Shown: piece after piece, positions 40,429 to 50,698 of the stretch
How the letters are laid out: each line of letters starts with the position of its first letter
Numbering within the stretch: the first letter of the stretch is position 1
Source of the DNA: Microcoleus sp.
GTDB taxonomy: Bacteria > Cyanobacteriota > Cyanobacteriia > Cyanobacteriales > Microcoleaceae
Length of the DNA: 64,000 nucleotides
Direction: 5' to 3'
Assembly (NCBI GenBank): GCA_042408215.1
Contig: JAYFMW010000005.1
Span: forward strand, 64,001-128,000
Notes under the pieces: model-generated
Databases searched by the model: none
What the model was told of the DNA's origin: nothing
What the model saw: only the letters and a program-made list of their open reading frames with translations
Position numbers and translations under genes: made by a program

Positions 40429-41193
40429 GTGAAAAACACCGCACAATTTATCAAACCACTAGCAGCAATTATCTTAGCAATAATTTGCCTGTTGCCACTC
40501 AATGCCTGTGCAGCGGCAAAAGCAAGTGAAACAGCCAGCAGCGAGAATATTTATCAGCAGCGAACCGTCCACAATCCCGACGGAATCGGTAAATTTTACA
40601 TGGGTCGCGAAATTGCCCAAGTCATGGGATATCAAGGCGCTGGTTGGCTGGAAAGACCCGATCGCGGCATGGAGGAAAAATCAGCGAGATTAGTGAACAA
40701 TCTCGATTTAAAACCCACTGATATTCTAGCAGACATTGGTGCGGGTACGGGATATTTTAGCTTTCGCATTGCACCCTTACTTCCCGAAGGCAAGGTGCTC
40801 GCAGTTGACGTTCAGCCGGAAATGCTCGAATTTATCAAATTGAATAAACAAGAGAAAAATATCGCTAACGTTGAGCCAATTTTGGGCAGTATTGCTGACC
40901 CAAATTTGCCAGAAAATAGTGTAGATGTCGCGCTGCTAGTGGATGCTTATCACGAATTTGAATATCCCAGAGAAATGATGCAAGGAATTGTGAAAGCACT
41001 TAAACCGGGCGGCCGCCTGGTATCGATCGAGTTTCGTGGCGAAAACCCGTTGATTCCAATTAAAGGTTTGCACAAAATGACGCAGAAGCAAGTAAAAAAA
41101 GAAATGGCAGTGGTGGGTTTAGTTTGGAAAGAAACTCAAGAGATTTTGCCTCAGCAGCATCTGATGGTGTTTGAGAAAAAAACTAAAATTTAG
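40429..41193 (+). CDS. Class I SAM-dependent methyltransferase, probable lipoprotein
   Basis: ADIGAGTG; LNAC lipobox-like sequence. Confidence 0.88.
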   Translation: MKNTAQFIKPLAAIILAIICLLPLNACAAAKASETASSENIYQQRTVHNPDGIGKFYMGREIAQVMGYQGAGWLERPDRGMEEKSARLVNNLDLKPTDILADIGAGTGYFSFRIAPLLPEGKVLAVDVQPEMLEFIKLNKQEKNIANVEPILGSIADPNLPENSVDVALLVDAYHEFEYPREMMQGIVKALKPGGRLVSIEFRGENPLIPIKGLHKMTQKQVKKEMAVVGLVWKETQEILPQQHLMVFEKKTKI

Positions 41194-41295
41194 CAGCCCA
41201 ACCGAGGGATTATCTATCACTTTGAATCTGTTTTGTCAAGGCAGAAAATATGTATTTATTGTTAAAGACGTTCTGTCAAAGATATCTGACCTGAC

Positions 41296-42588
41296 CAAAA
41301 GAATGGGTACAAGCCCCGTCTTTCAAGACGGCTTTAATTTTTCTCGATCGTGTAAGACCTAGTATAATAGAGTAAGTAAAAAGCAAAAATAATGAAAGCA
41401 AGGTATCGATACAGAATCTATCCGACAGACCAACAGCGACAGAGTTTAGCGCAGTTGTTTGGTTGCGTCCGCGTAGTCTGGAATGATGCTCTTGCACTGT
41501 GCAAGCAGTCGGAGAAAAAGCCGAAATCGGCAGAACTTCAAAAGGTAGTAATCACTCAAGCGAAACAGACAACCGAAAGAGCTTGGCTAAGTGAAGTATC
41601 GAATATCCCGTTACAACAATCTGTAGCAGATCTGGAAACAGCTTTTAAGAACTTTTTTCAGTCTTGTAAAGGCAAAAGGAAGGGGCGCAAGGTTGGGTAT
41701 CCCAAGTTCAAGAAACGCACGAACAGTCAGTCGGCACGTTTTAGGATTGGCGGTTTTTCAATTAAAGGGGAGGAAGTCTATCTAGCTAAAATTGGCAATA
41801 TTAAGCCTATTTGGTCGAGAGAACTACCATCCGATCCGACATCAGTAACGGTCATTAAAGATTGTGCCAACCGTTACTTCTTGAGTTTCGTGGTGGAGGT
41901 TGAACCCGTTCAAGTCGAAGCTAAACACATGAGCGTCGGTATTGATTTAGGGATTAAAACCTTTGCGGTAATGAGTGATGGAGGGAAAGCTAAAAGCCCT
42001 AGCTGTAAAAAGCTAGACAAAAAAGTTCGTAAACTTCAGAAACAGCTAGCCCGACAGCAGAAAGACTCAAAACGCAGGCATAAAACTCGAATTAAAATAG
42101 CCAAAACGCACAATCGAATTGCTGACTTGCGTCAAGATTTCCTGCACAAACTATCAACCAAAGTAGTCAGTGAAAACCAAACAATTATTTTGGAGGATTT
42201 GAATGTGTCAGGAATGGTCAAGAATCGCAAATTAGCCCTGGTAATTAGTCAACAAGGTTGGTACGAATTTCGTTCCCTTTGTGAAGCTAAATCGGAGAAG
42301 TTTGGGCGTGAGTTTAGGGTAATTAGTCGCTGGGAACCTACGAGCCAAGTCTGTTCCGACTGTGGTTTTAAATGGGGGAAATTAGACCTTTCTATTCGTT
42401 CGGTGCTTTGTCTAAGCTGTGGTATTGAGCACGATAGAGACGAGAATGCAGCAAAAAATATAAATCAAGTCGGGATGGGGAATCGCCACGACTCTAAACG
42501 GACACAGAGGAAGAGTAAGACTACTCCGGTAGCTTCATCCGATGAAGTGTCAAGAATCACCGCTCGTTCACGACGGTGAGTATTTCAA
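41296..42588 (+). mobile_element. IS200/IS605-family tnpB-only element (second subfamily)
   Basis: TGAC target, then left end CAAG-CCCCGTCTTTCAAGACGG; right end GAAT-CACCG..CGGTG-TCAA. Confidence 0.9.
41392..42579 (+). CDS. tnpB: RNA-guided endonuclease TnpB
   Basis: GIDLG, LEDL and HDRD RuvC residues; zinc finger. Confidence 0.95.
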   Translation: MKARYRYRIYPTDQQRQSLAQLFGCVRVVWNDALALCKQSEKKPKSAELQKVVITQAKQTTERAWLSEVSNIPLQQSVADLETAFKNFFQSCKGKRKGRKVGYPKFKKRTNSQSARFRIGGFSIKGEEVYLAKIGNIKPIWSRELPSDPTSVTVIKDCANRYFLSFVVEVEPVQVEAKHMSVGIDLGIKTFAVMSDGGKAKSPSCKKLDKKVRKLQKQLARQQKDSKRRHKTRIKIAKTHNRIADLRQDFLHKLSTKVVSENQTIILEDLNVSGMVKNRKLALVISQQGWYEFRSLCEAKSEKFGREFRVISRWEPTSQVCSDCGFKWGKLDLSIRSVLCLSCGIEHDRDENAAKNINQVGMGNRHDSKRTQRKSKTTPVASSDEVSRITARSRR

Positions 42589-42756
42589 AAGAGACATTAT
42601 AGAAAAATAAACTGGAAGCAGAAAACTTGCCTTGCTTCCCTTGATCCCTGGGATGTAAGCGACTCGGAGGAAGCATCCCAGGTAGACGGACTATTCAATA
42701 CAACGATCGCCATTGACACTGGATTATTTATCCTATCAAACAGCATTGAGAAAACT

Positions 42757-43038
42757 ATGCAGTGCGAATTGTGCGATCGAGAAATGGCAGCCTTAACCGC
42801 CCATCACCTGATCCCCAAACAAAACACCAAGCGGAAAAAAGAAGATCCAGGCCCGACAATCGACATTTGTTCCGCTTGTCACCGCCAGATTCACTCCCTA
42901 TTTGACAACAAACGCCTCGCCCAAGAGCTTAACTCCCTCGACAAGCTCAAAAACGACCCTCAACTCCAGAAATTTATCTCCTGGGTTAAAAAACAAAAAA
43001 CCGACCAACGTATTCAAGTACGCGGCAAAAAAAACTGA
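42757..43038 (+). CDS. Small HNH endonuclease-family protein
   Basis: CELC...HHLIP...CSACHRQIH. Confidence 0.82.
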   Translation: MQCELCDREMAALTAHHLIPKQNTKRKKEDPGPTIDICSACHRQIHSLFDNKRLAQELNSLDKLKNDPQLQKFISWVKKQKTDQRIQVRGKKN

Positions 43039-43087
43039 ATAAAACCATCTAATTCCGGGTGAATGGCGATCGCACTCGAACAGATAC

Positions 43088-43190
43088 TATAGCAATCCTA
43101 AATGAGTCGTAAAGTTTTTGACCCCACCCCAACCCTCCCCTTATTAAGGGGAGGGAGTAAGAAATTCACAAATGATTTAGGATTGCTATA
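43088..43190. mobile_element. MITE with TATAGCAATCCTAAAT TIRs (IS630-like, TA ends)
   Basis: Perfect 16-bp inverted ends; CCCCTTATTAAGGGG core. Confidence 0.82.
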
Positions 43191-43230
43191 TACTTACTTA
43201 CCTATTCCCGACTCCCTCCCAGCTACGATC

Positions 43231-44466
43231 ATGAACCTAACCTCCCTCGAAATCGCCAAAAACCGAGCGCTCATCTTTAAAAAATTCCTGCAAATCGAAA
43301 TTGATGTCAAAGCTAACTCAGAAAAACTAGCCTTTTTAGACCGCGGCATACAAAACTCTCCTTACCAAAAAGAAATTCCCAATTATCCCAATTACCTCAA
43401 ACAAAAACCAGACGGTTTAAAAGTAATTAGTTACATTCCCCCAGCCAATAACCCGCTCAAACTTAGTCCCTTTCCCAGCCTCGGAGAACTCCCTCAAATT
43501 AACACTCAAGCTTTAAACTTTCTCCACGCAGACATCAAACAAGCCTGCGTTTGTATTGGCACTTTTGTAGAGGGAAAAATCCAGGCACAGTGGCTGGGAA
43601 AAAACGCACTTACCAAAGTTGAGTGTTGGAGTGCCACTAAAATTATCCCCCTGCTCAATATCGTCTCTAAAATAAATACTAAATACCCAGACTGCGACAT
43701 TGACAACTGCGTGATTAGAGATTCCTCCGGGCAAAAACAGGATATTTCTTTTTACGAGTTAGCAAAAGACATGATTGGCTATACCCATAATATCGCCAGT
43801 TCAAACTCCTTAGCCGCCATGTTCAAACGCTTTGATACTGGTACAGGAATAGAACAGTGGGTGAAGAGAACTACTGGCAATAATGACCTAAATTTTAGCA
43901 GCGATTACGGCGAGCAACCTTTTCTTAACTACCCAAAAATTTTCGATGTCATCAAAAAACAAGTGCTGCTAACAGCCGCCCAAAACAGCATCCACCAACG
44001 TAATAGCATTTCGGCTTATGACTTGACCAGGTTAATTTCAATGTTAGGATGGCACTACCATCTAGAAAAGCGATCGCGCCTGGGAGGAGCTCAGTGGAAC
44101 AGCCTAGAAACCATTATCAGAGCAATGGGATATGACACGGCTCGATACGCGGACGAAGCCATTAAAACTTTGGCTATGGATAAGGTCATCAGTTCCCCAG
44201 TAATTATCTCAAAACTGGGTTACGGAGTCAGCTCGATTAGGGGAACATTAGAAACAGTTTATGTGGCTTTAATGTGGTTTGTTGACGAGCGGCCAAAGGC
44301 TGCGGGAAAGCCAGCAAAACTCAGAACTTTAGCCTTGACTTTGCTGGGTGCGAAAGTTTTAGATGGTTCCATTGGTGGCGATCGCCTTGCGATCGAACTC
44401 GACGCCAGAATCTGCGCCGAAGTCACCGAAATTCTCCGCCGATTGTTGGCCGAAGAATTTGCTTAA
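43231..44466 (+). CDS. Hypothetical protein, possible beta-lactamase/PBP-like serine hydrolase fold
   Basis: SATK (SxxK), SSN (SxN) and SKLG (KTG-like) in the expected order; start trimmed to 43231. Confidence 0.6.
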   Translation: MNLTSLEIAKNRALIFKKFLQIEIDVKANSEKLAFLDRGIQNSPYQKEIPNYPNYLKQKPDGLKVISYIPPANNPLKLSPFPSLGELPQINTQALNFLHADIKQACVCIGTFVEGKIQAQWLGKNALTKVECWSATKIIPLLNIVSKINTKYPDCDIDNCVIRDSSGQKQDISFYELAKDMIGYTHNIASSNSLAAMFKRFDTGTGIEQWVKRTTGNNDLNFSSDYGEQPFLNYPKIFDVIKKQVLLTAAQNSIHQRNSISAYDLTRLISMLGWHYHLEKRSRLGGAQWNSLETIIRAMGYDTARYADEAIKTLAMDKVISSPVIISKLGYGVSSIRGTLETVYVALMWFVDERPKAAGKPAKLRTLALTLLGAKVLDGSIGGDRLAIELDARICAEVTEILRRLLAEEFA

Positions 44467-44480
44467 AATTTGGCGATCGA

Positions 44481-44780
44481 CTAATTAGCAGATCCATGAA
44501 ACTTGCGATAAAGCATCGCCTTCACTGGCTTTCCTCCCCGCAAATGTTGCTCTGTGACTGCGGCCACTTCTTCAGGACAAACGCCGCAGTACCAAACCTC
44601 TTCTGGCATCACTAACACCATCGGCCCACTGCCACACTGTCCCAAACAACTGCTAGCAACCACCGCCACTTCTGAACCTGATAACTTCTCAAAAGCCGCC
44701 AGTACCTTCGCAGCACCCTGCTTGCGACAAGTGCGGTTTTGACAAATCAGAACTCGCCTAGAAGATTCGATAAATTTCAT
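44481..44780 (-). CDS. Thioredoxin-like (2Fe-2S) ferredoxin
   Basis: CQNRTC...SSCLGQCGSGP. Confidence 0.88.
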   Translation of the reverse strand: MKFIESSRRVLICQNRTCRKQGAAKVLAAFEKLSGSEVAVVASSCLGQCGSGPMVLVMPEEVWYCGVCPEEVAAVTEQHLRGGKPVKAMLYRKFHGSAN

Positions 44781-44928
44781 GGTTTTTACTTGACAATTTA
44801 CCCAAGCTATGCTATTTTTTTATCATGGGAATAGGTGTGGCCATATATACTCTTTCTACAACAACAGGCAAGATGCCTGTTCTACAACAACAGGCAAGAT
44901 GCCTGTTCTACAAAAGCCTACATTTAAC

Positions 44929-45567
44929 CTATTTATTCGGCTGAGGAGTCATCCGCAAATACGGCTTAATCGGCGTATAACCTTTGGGAAATTTCTCGGC
45001 CAACTCTTGCGGGTCTGTAATCGAAGGTACAATTACGCAATCGTCGCCGTCTTTCCAATTAACCGGAGTAGCAACGCTGTAAGAGTCCGTAAGTTGCAGT
45101 GAATCAATTACCCGCAGAATTTCATTGAAATTCCGTCCCGTGCTCGCCGGGTAAGTAATGCTCAAACGCAATTTCTTTTCTGGGTCAATCACAAAAACAG
45201 TGCGGATTGTGAGGTTATTTAGCGAGTTAGGATGGATCATATCGTAAAGGTCGGAGACTTTGCGATCGCCATCTGCTAAAATTGGATAATTGACAGTGAC
45301 ATTTTGAGTTTCCTCAATGTCTTTAATCCAGCCCATGTGAGAATCCACATCATCGACGCTGAGAGCAATAGTTTTGACACCACGCTTGTCAAATTCAGAT
45401 TTGAGACGGGCGACAGCACCTAGTTCTGTGGTACACACTGGAGTATAATCCTTGGGATGGGAAAACAACACGACCCAGCTATCACCAGCCCAGTCGTAGA
45501 AATTGATTTCCCCTTCGGAGGAGGCTTGGGTAAAGTTGGGTACTGTATCGCCTAATCGCAGAGACAT
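44929..45567 (-). CDS. 1-Cys peroxiredoxin (Prx6)
   Basis: FSHPKDYTPVCTTE and TGRNFNE. Confidence 0.95.
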   Translation of the reverse strand: MSLRLGDTVPNFTQASSEGEINFYDWAGDSWVVLFSHPKDYTPVCTTELGAVARLKSEFDKRGVKTIALSVDDVDSHMGWIKDIEETQNVTVNYPILADGDRKVSDLYDMIHPNSLNNLTIRTVFVIDPEKKLRLSITYPASTGRNFNEILRVIDSLQLTDSYSVATPVNWKDGDDCVIVPSITDPQELAEKFPKGYTPIKPYLRMTPQPNK

Positions 45568-45735
45568 AACTGATTTCCTCTAATTGTATTTAAGGACGGT
45601 TCTCTATCATCTCACAATTGCCCGGTTTGTCGATCGAGCTTGACATGATTCTCAAGTTTTTGGCCGTGCGATCGCCAATTCGACTATTCTGATAATTTAG
45701 ATGCGGTCTGTTCCTACCATTGAGTAATTGTTTCT

Positions 45736-46011
45736 ATGCTTTACTTTCTGATTAAGACAATACAGCCTGTTTTAGTCCCCCTGTGTTTTGTTTCCGCTTG
45801 GGGCTTAATGTTTCTGGTATTTTCAAGTATTGGCCATAGTGTCACCGACTCCCTGCGCCGAGCCCAGCGAATGCACCAAATCCCTTGTGCTAATTGTGTA
45901 TTCTTTACTGGCGACTATCACCTCAAGTGTCCCGTTCAGCCTACAATTGCTTTGTCGGAAGATGCGATCGACTGTCTTGATTATCGATCGAATTCCCGCA
46001 CCTGGGGTTAA
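45736..46011 (+). CDS. Conserved cyanobacterial small membrane protein with Cys cluster
   Basis: TM helix, then IPCANC...LKCPVQP...AIDC. Confidence 0.7.
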   Translation: MLYFLIKTIQPVLVPLCFVSAWGLMFLVFSSIGHSVTDSLRRAQRMHQIPCANCVFFTGDYHLKCPVQPTIALSEDAIDCLDYRSNSRTWG

Positions 46012-46638
46012 AAAATTAGGCCCATTTTATCTGGTTTTCCTCGAACAAACATCTTACCTGTTCCACAATAAAATTCACTCTTTGTGGAATAGGCATCTTG
46101 TCTGTTCATCTCCTTACCAGGCTCTGCCCGGTAACGCAGATCTAAAGGATCTGCCTCTACTGAAAAAAAAACATCACCAATCAAAAAGCTGTTTTCACAA
46201 CAACAGCACCCTAGCCATATTTACCGAGTGATTTCCTCTTTGTTCAACTTCGATGCGGAGTTGCAATAAATTCGGAGATTCACTTGCATTGCTCCCCTCT
46301 TATTAGTTGAGGAAGTGTCAGTTTTGTTGGTGGGTGCTGCTATTGGTTTTGGATGAGACAGATCTGAGATTAAACAGCGTTTTTACTCCTTAAGATTCTA
46401 TTGTGAACTTCGCTGTGGTCTCTGTCAGAGAAGCTTTTTGTTTGCTTCATATTATTAATGTAGCACCTTCTTTTAAAAGTGCAAGTACCTGTAACTAAAC
46501 TTTACAATTGCAGTCAGAAGGAAGGCACTCTCAGAGATTTTGACAGGGATCGACGGATTAATTATCGTTCTAGCAGCTCAGCTTAAATAGTAGAGTCTGG
46601 CAGTGCCTGCGGCGACGAGAAAGAGGCATAATAAGTCT

Positions 46639-47919
46639 TTGACATCCTCCCCGCCCTAAAGGGCTAGGATTCCTAAACCTCACGATTTAAGTTTCTGTTT
46701 CATAGCAGAAGCCTTAACAGATTTACTCTGCTCTGGTCTTACACTCGCTCCACAGACTGACACCGCTAGTCCAGCGGCCAAAATGTTTTTACTTGCGTTG
46801 ACATCCCGATCGTGGTTACAACCACAACTCGGACAAGTCCAATCACGAATATTAAGAGGCATTTTATCGACAATCTGCCCACAGGAGCTACAACGCTTGG
46901 AACTAGGAAACCATCGGTCAATTGCGACCAATTTCCTTCCGTACCAACGACATTTGTAATCCAGTTGTCGAATCAATTCACTCCATCCGCTATCAGAAAT
47001 AGCCCAGGCGAGTTTAGGGTTTTTGACCAGATTCTTAACCGCCAACGACTCAACAGCAATTGTTTGATTTTCGCGGACCAATTGAGTCGTTGTTTTATGC
47101 AAGAAATCTTTGCGAGAATCCGATATTTTCAGGTGAATTTTAGCAACCTTAATTCTCGCCTTTTCTCTGTTTTTGGAACCTTTCTGTTTACGAGCAAGAT
47201 TCTTTTGCGCTTTCTTCAAACGCTTTCGATGCTTTCTTGAAATGCTTGGGATTAGCTATCTTGTCACCATTACTGGTCGCGATCAAGCTCGTTATTCCCA
47301 AATCTATTCCTACAGCATTATCGCTAATGGGCAAAGGTTGAATCGTTGGAGCATCAAACCTAATCGAGATGTGCCAGCGTCCAGAGGGATGGAGACTAAC
47401 CGTTACACTGCTCGGTTCACATCCTTTGGGAATTTGTCGAGACCATTTAATCAGCAATGGCTCAGAGTTTTTGGCAAGATAAATTTCTTTATTTTTGAAC
47501 TTAAAAGCCGATTTTGTAAACTCAGCACTGCCGCCATGATGTTTCTTCTTGAAGTTGGGATATTTAGTCCTGACTGCGAAGAAATTGGTGAAAGCAGTTT
47601 GAAGATGTCTAAGCCCTTGTTGCAAGGGGACACAGCTAACCTCATTCAGAAAATCAAGATCTTCCTCTTTTTTCCATTGAGTTAACATAGAAGAAGTCTG
47701 GTTATATCCAACTCTTTCTTGTCTCTCGTACCAAGCCTGGGTTCTCTCGTGGAGAGCCTTGTTGTAAACCAATCTTACGCAGCCCAATGTGCGTCGCAAT
47801 AGCGACTCTTGTTCGGGTGTTGGGTAAAATCGGTAACGGTGAGCTTTTTCCATACTTCACATACTAACATATTAAATGTAAAGCCGTCCTAAAGGACGGG
47901 GTTTCTGCCCAATTCTCTG
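46639..47919 (-). mobile_element. IS200/IS605 tnpB-only element, copy 2 (near-identical to 24208-25487)
   Basis: Same ends; 1281 bp versus 1280 bp. Confidence 0.92.
46680..47853 (-). pseudogene. tnpB: tnpB with a 1-bp insertion at about 47232
   Basis: GATGCTTTCTTG here versus GATGTTTCTTG in copy 1; split into ORFs 47188-47853 and 46680-47219. Confidence 0.88.
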
Positions 47920-48795
47920 ATGAAAAAAACCAAACTCATCAAACTGTGTGCTGCGTCGCTGGGGCTGTTTCTATTGTGCAGCAGTGCAGCTACAGCCGAA
48001 TCGACAGCCAACCCTCAACCACAGCAGAATTATACTAACCAAGAGATTCTGCAACAGTTGGTAAAGGCAAGAGTCGTCTATCTGGGAGAAACCCACGACA
48101 GCGCTGAAGATCATCAAGCTCAACTGGCGATTATCCGAGAAATGCAGCGACAAAATCCGAAAATTGCGATCGCCCTGGAAATGTTTCAGCGCCCTTTTCA
48201 AAGCGTACTAGACCAATATTTAGCAGGTAAACTCACAGAAGAGCAATTGATTGAGCAAACAGAATACAATCAAAGATGGCGTTTTCCCTGGGAATATTAC
48301 GCGCCGATTCTGCGATTTGCCGCATTAAAGCAACTACCACTCCTTGCTTTAAATACACCAACCGAAGTAACCAGAAAAGTTGCCACCCAAGGTTTAGAAA
48401 GCCTCACAGCAGAGGAAAAAACACACATTCCGCCACTCTCAGAAATTCGCACCGACAACGCCGCATATCGGCAAATGTTACTAGAAGTTTACCAGCAACA
48501 CCAAAAAGCAGCACAAGGGAATAGTACGGCCTTTGAAAGATTTTTGCAAGCGCAAGTTTTGTGGGATGAAACTATGGCTGAAAAAATAGCTGAATTTGTC
48601 AAAGCCAATCCCGACTATCAAGTTGTAGTGTTGGCGGGTAAAGGACATATTGTTTACGGTTATGGTATTCCTAGCCGTGTAGAAAGGCGTTTGGGGGTAG
48701 GGAAGGTAAAGGTGCGATCGGTCTTATTTAATTTTCCTACAGATAGTCCTTCGTCTGTAAAAATACCTATTGCTGACTATATTTGGAAGCATTAA
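47920..48795 (+). CDS. ChaN-family (haem-uptake-type) secreted protein
   Basis: Signal peptide; YLGETHD, ALEMF, QVLWDETMA and AGKGH. Confidence 0.85.
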   Translation: MKKTKLIKLCAASLGLFLLCSSAATAESTANPQPQQNYTNQEILQQLVKARVVYLGETHDSAEDHQAQLAIIREMQRQNPKIAIALEMFQRPFQSVLDQYLAGKLTEEQLIEQTEYNQRWRFPWEYYAPILRFAALKQLPLLALNTPTEVTRKVATQGLESLTAEEKTHIPPLSEIRTDNAAYRQMLLEVYQQHQKAAQGNSTAFERFLQAQVLWDETMAEKIAEFVKANPDYQVVVLAGKGHIVYGYGIPSRVERRLGVGKVKVRSVLFNFPTDSPSSVKIPIADYIWKH

Positions 48796-48951
48796 TTTGA
48801 ATTAATATAAACTTTACCTCACCGCATCACCCGATCGGACCAAATTAAATAGCCCGATCGACTGATGAAAAAACCACCCGATCGCAGATTGCAGAAACTC
48901 GATTCACCAAGGCATACTTTAGCTATCGGTCATCGGTCGGTTATTTTTACC

Positions 48952-49006
48952 AAAAACCGCGCGGCGGGTGTGGGAGACTCCTCCATCACGCCTGCCCGGT
49001 TTTTTA
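48952..49006 (+). terminator. Long hairpin with A-tract and T-tract (probably bidirectional terminator)
   Basis: AAAAACCG..GGCGGGTGTG / CACGCCTGCC..CGGTTTTTT. Confidence 0.65.
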
Positions 49007-49123
49007 TTTTTGACAATTTATTTAACTAATATATCTTAAGGAAGGAGACAACAATCGCCCCCCTCTGCTAAACTAAGTCTGGGAAATGTCAATATCACCT
49101 TACCAAACTATCAAGAACTACCC

Positions 49124-49705
49124 GTGAGCAATCAACCAAAAATTCTCGCATTTGCCGGAAGCACGCGGACAGCATCTTATAACAAAATGCTGGTCAAAAT
49201 AGCTGCGACTGGGGCTAGGACCGCCGGGGCAGAAGTCACGTATATAGATCTACGAGATTTGCCAATGCCGCTATTTGATGAAGACTTAGAGGCCAAAGAA
49301 GGAATGCCCGAAAACGTTCGGAAGTTCAAAGAATTGATGACAGCCCATCAGGGACTTTTGATCGCTTCCCCAGAATACAACAGTTCCATTACAGCAGTAC
49401 TCAAAAATGCGATCGATTGGGCATCTCGCCCGCTACCGGGAGAACCAGGGCTGGCTGCTTTCAACAATAAAGTAGCAGCAATTATGAGCGCTTCTCTAGG
49501 GGCCTTCGGAGGTATGCGGGGATTAGTGCATTTGCGATCGATTTTGGGAAATATTAATGTCTTAGTTCTTCCAGATCAAAAATCAATTCCCAAAGCATAT
49601 GAGGCCTTTAATGCTGACGAGACGATGACAGATGCGAAACAGCAAGAAGCCGTGGAAAATTTGGGAGCTAAATTGGCTGGAGTAGTGGCAAAATTAAACC
49701 CATGA
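49124..49705 (+). CDS. NADPH-dependent FMN reductase
   Basis: AGSTRTASYN and SPEYNSS..LKNAIDW. Confidence 0.92.
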   Translation: MSNQPKILAFAGSTRTASYNKMLVKIAATGARTAGAEVTYIDLRDLPMPLFDEDLEAKEGMPENVRKFKELMTAHQGLLIASPEYNSSITAVLKNAIDWASRPLPGEPGLAAFNNKVAAIMSASLGAFGGMRGLVHLRSILGNINVLVLPDQKSIPKAYEAFNADETMTDAKQQEAVENLGAKLAGVVAKLNP

Positions 49706-49864
49706 GACGACTAAGTTAAACTGTCTTAGACGCAAGTGTCATAGGACTTATGCACTCCGACTAAAGAAACCGGGTTTTTTACCTTGGGTGCGGGCTAAAA
49801 CACGTATTTTCGTAAAAAACCCGGTTTCTGCTCCCCGATGCGTAAGTCCTAAAAGGAAGAGTAT

Positions 49865-50698
49865 TTAATTCCCCAACTTTTTCTGCTTCCAAGCCTCCAC
49901 AAACGGCAAAAACACCGACACCAACTCCTGCCGGTTAATCACCAAAGTCGGATAAGAAATTCTCCCGTAATTTTTCCCAACTTCCAGGGGAAAAATCGCC
50001 TGAGAATCCAGCGGTAGCCAAACCGCACCAGCCGCTTTGACAATTACCCAACTTCCCGCAATATCCCAAATTTTAGGTGTCGCTTCCACACCGCCCAAAA
50101 CCGCACCGGAAGCTACAGTTAAAAAATTGTAAGTAGCCATACCCAACATCCGAATTTTACTCGGAATACGAGGTGCGATCGCCACACTCCGCGAACAAAC
50201 ATTAAAAAAATGATTACCACTCATTTTATCAGGGCTATGGCGAATCTGCCGAGCGTTCAAAAAAGCACCTTTAGGTATATCGTCAAACACATCGCCGGCC
50301 AAATCAGGTGCAAAAAACCCGTGAAAAGTTTGGTTCAATGGCGGCAAATGCACGTAGCCAAAAACCGGAGTTCCGTGATACAATAAACCCAGGGAAATAC
50401 CCCAAATCGGAATCCCCCTAGCAAAATTAGTCGTACCATCCAAAGGATCGACAACCCAACACCATTCAGTATCCGGGAAAACCTGTTCTCCTTCCTCACT
50501 TAAGATACCATGACCGGGGAAAGTAGATGCGATCGCACTTCTAATTGTGACATCCGCCCACTTGTCAGATTCCGTAACCAAACTACCGTCATCTTTCTCA
50601 TGGGCTTGCGCCGAACCGAAATCTTGTAACAACTGCTGTCCGACGCGATCGACAGTAACTCGTGCAAAACTTAAAATAGAATCCCAAAAATCTTTCAT
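49865..50698 (-). CDS. Inositol monophosphatase family protein
   Basis: SEE, WVVDPLDGTTNF and WDIAG. Confidence 0.92.
   Translation of the reverse strand: MKDFWDSILSFARVTVDRVGQQLLQDFGSAQAHEKDDGSLVTESDKWADVTIRSAIASTFPGHGILSEEGEQVFPDTEWCWVVDPLDGTTNFARGIPIWGISLGLLYHGTPVFGYVHLPPLNQTFHGFFAPDLAGDVFDDIPKGAFLNARQIRHSPDKMSGNHFFNVCSRSVAIAPRIPSKIRMLGMATYNFLTVASGAVLGGVEATPKIWDIAGSWVIVKAAGAVWLPLDSQAIFPLEVGKNYGRISYPTLVINRQELVSVFLPFVEAWKQKKLGN

Noticed and set aside
24249..42579. Nuclease-dead TnpB (TldR-like) regulators
   Set aside because: All three RuvC acidic residues are present in both intact TnpBs, and both lie within complete IS ends.
48920..49110. Yfr1- or NsiR4-like sRNA (ACTCCTC loop; GTCAATATCACC)
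   Set aside because: Only short partial matches from memory. The hairpin is adequately explained as a terminator, and an Rfam scan would be needed.
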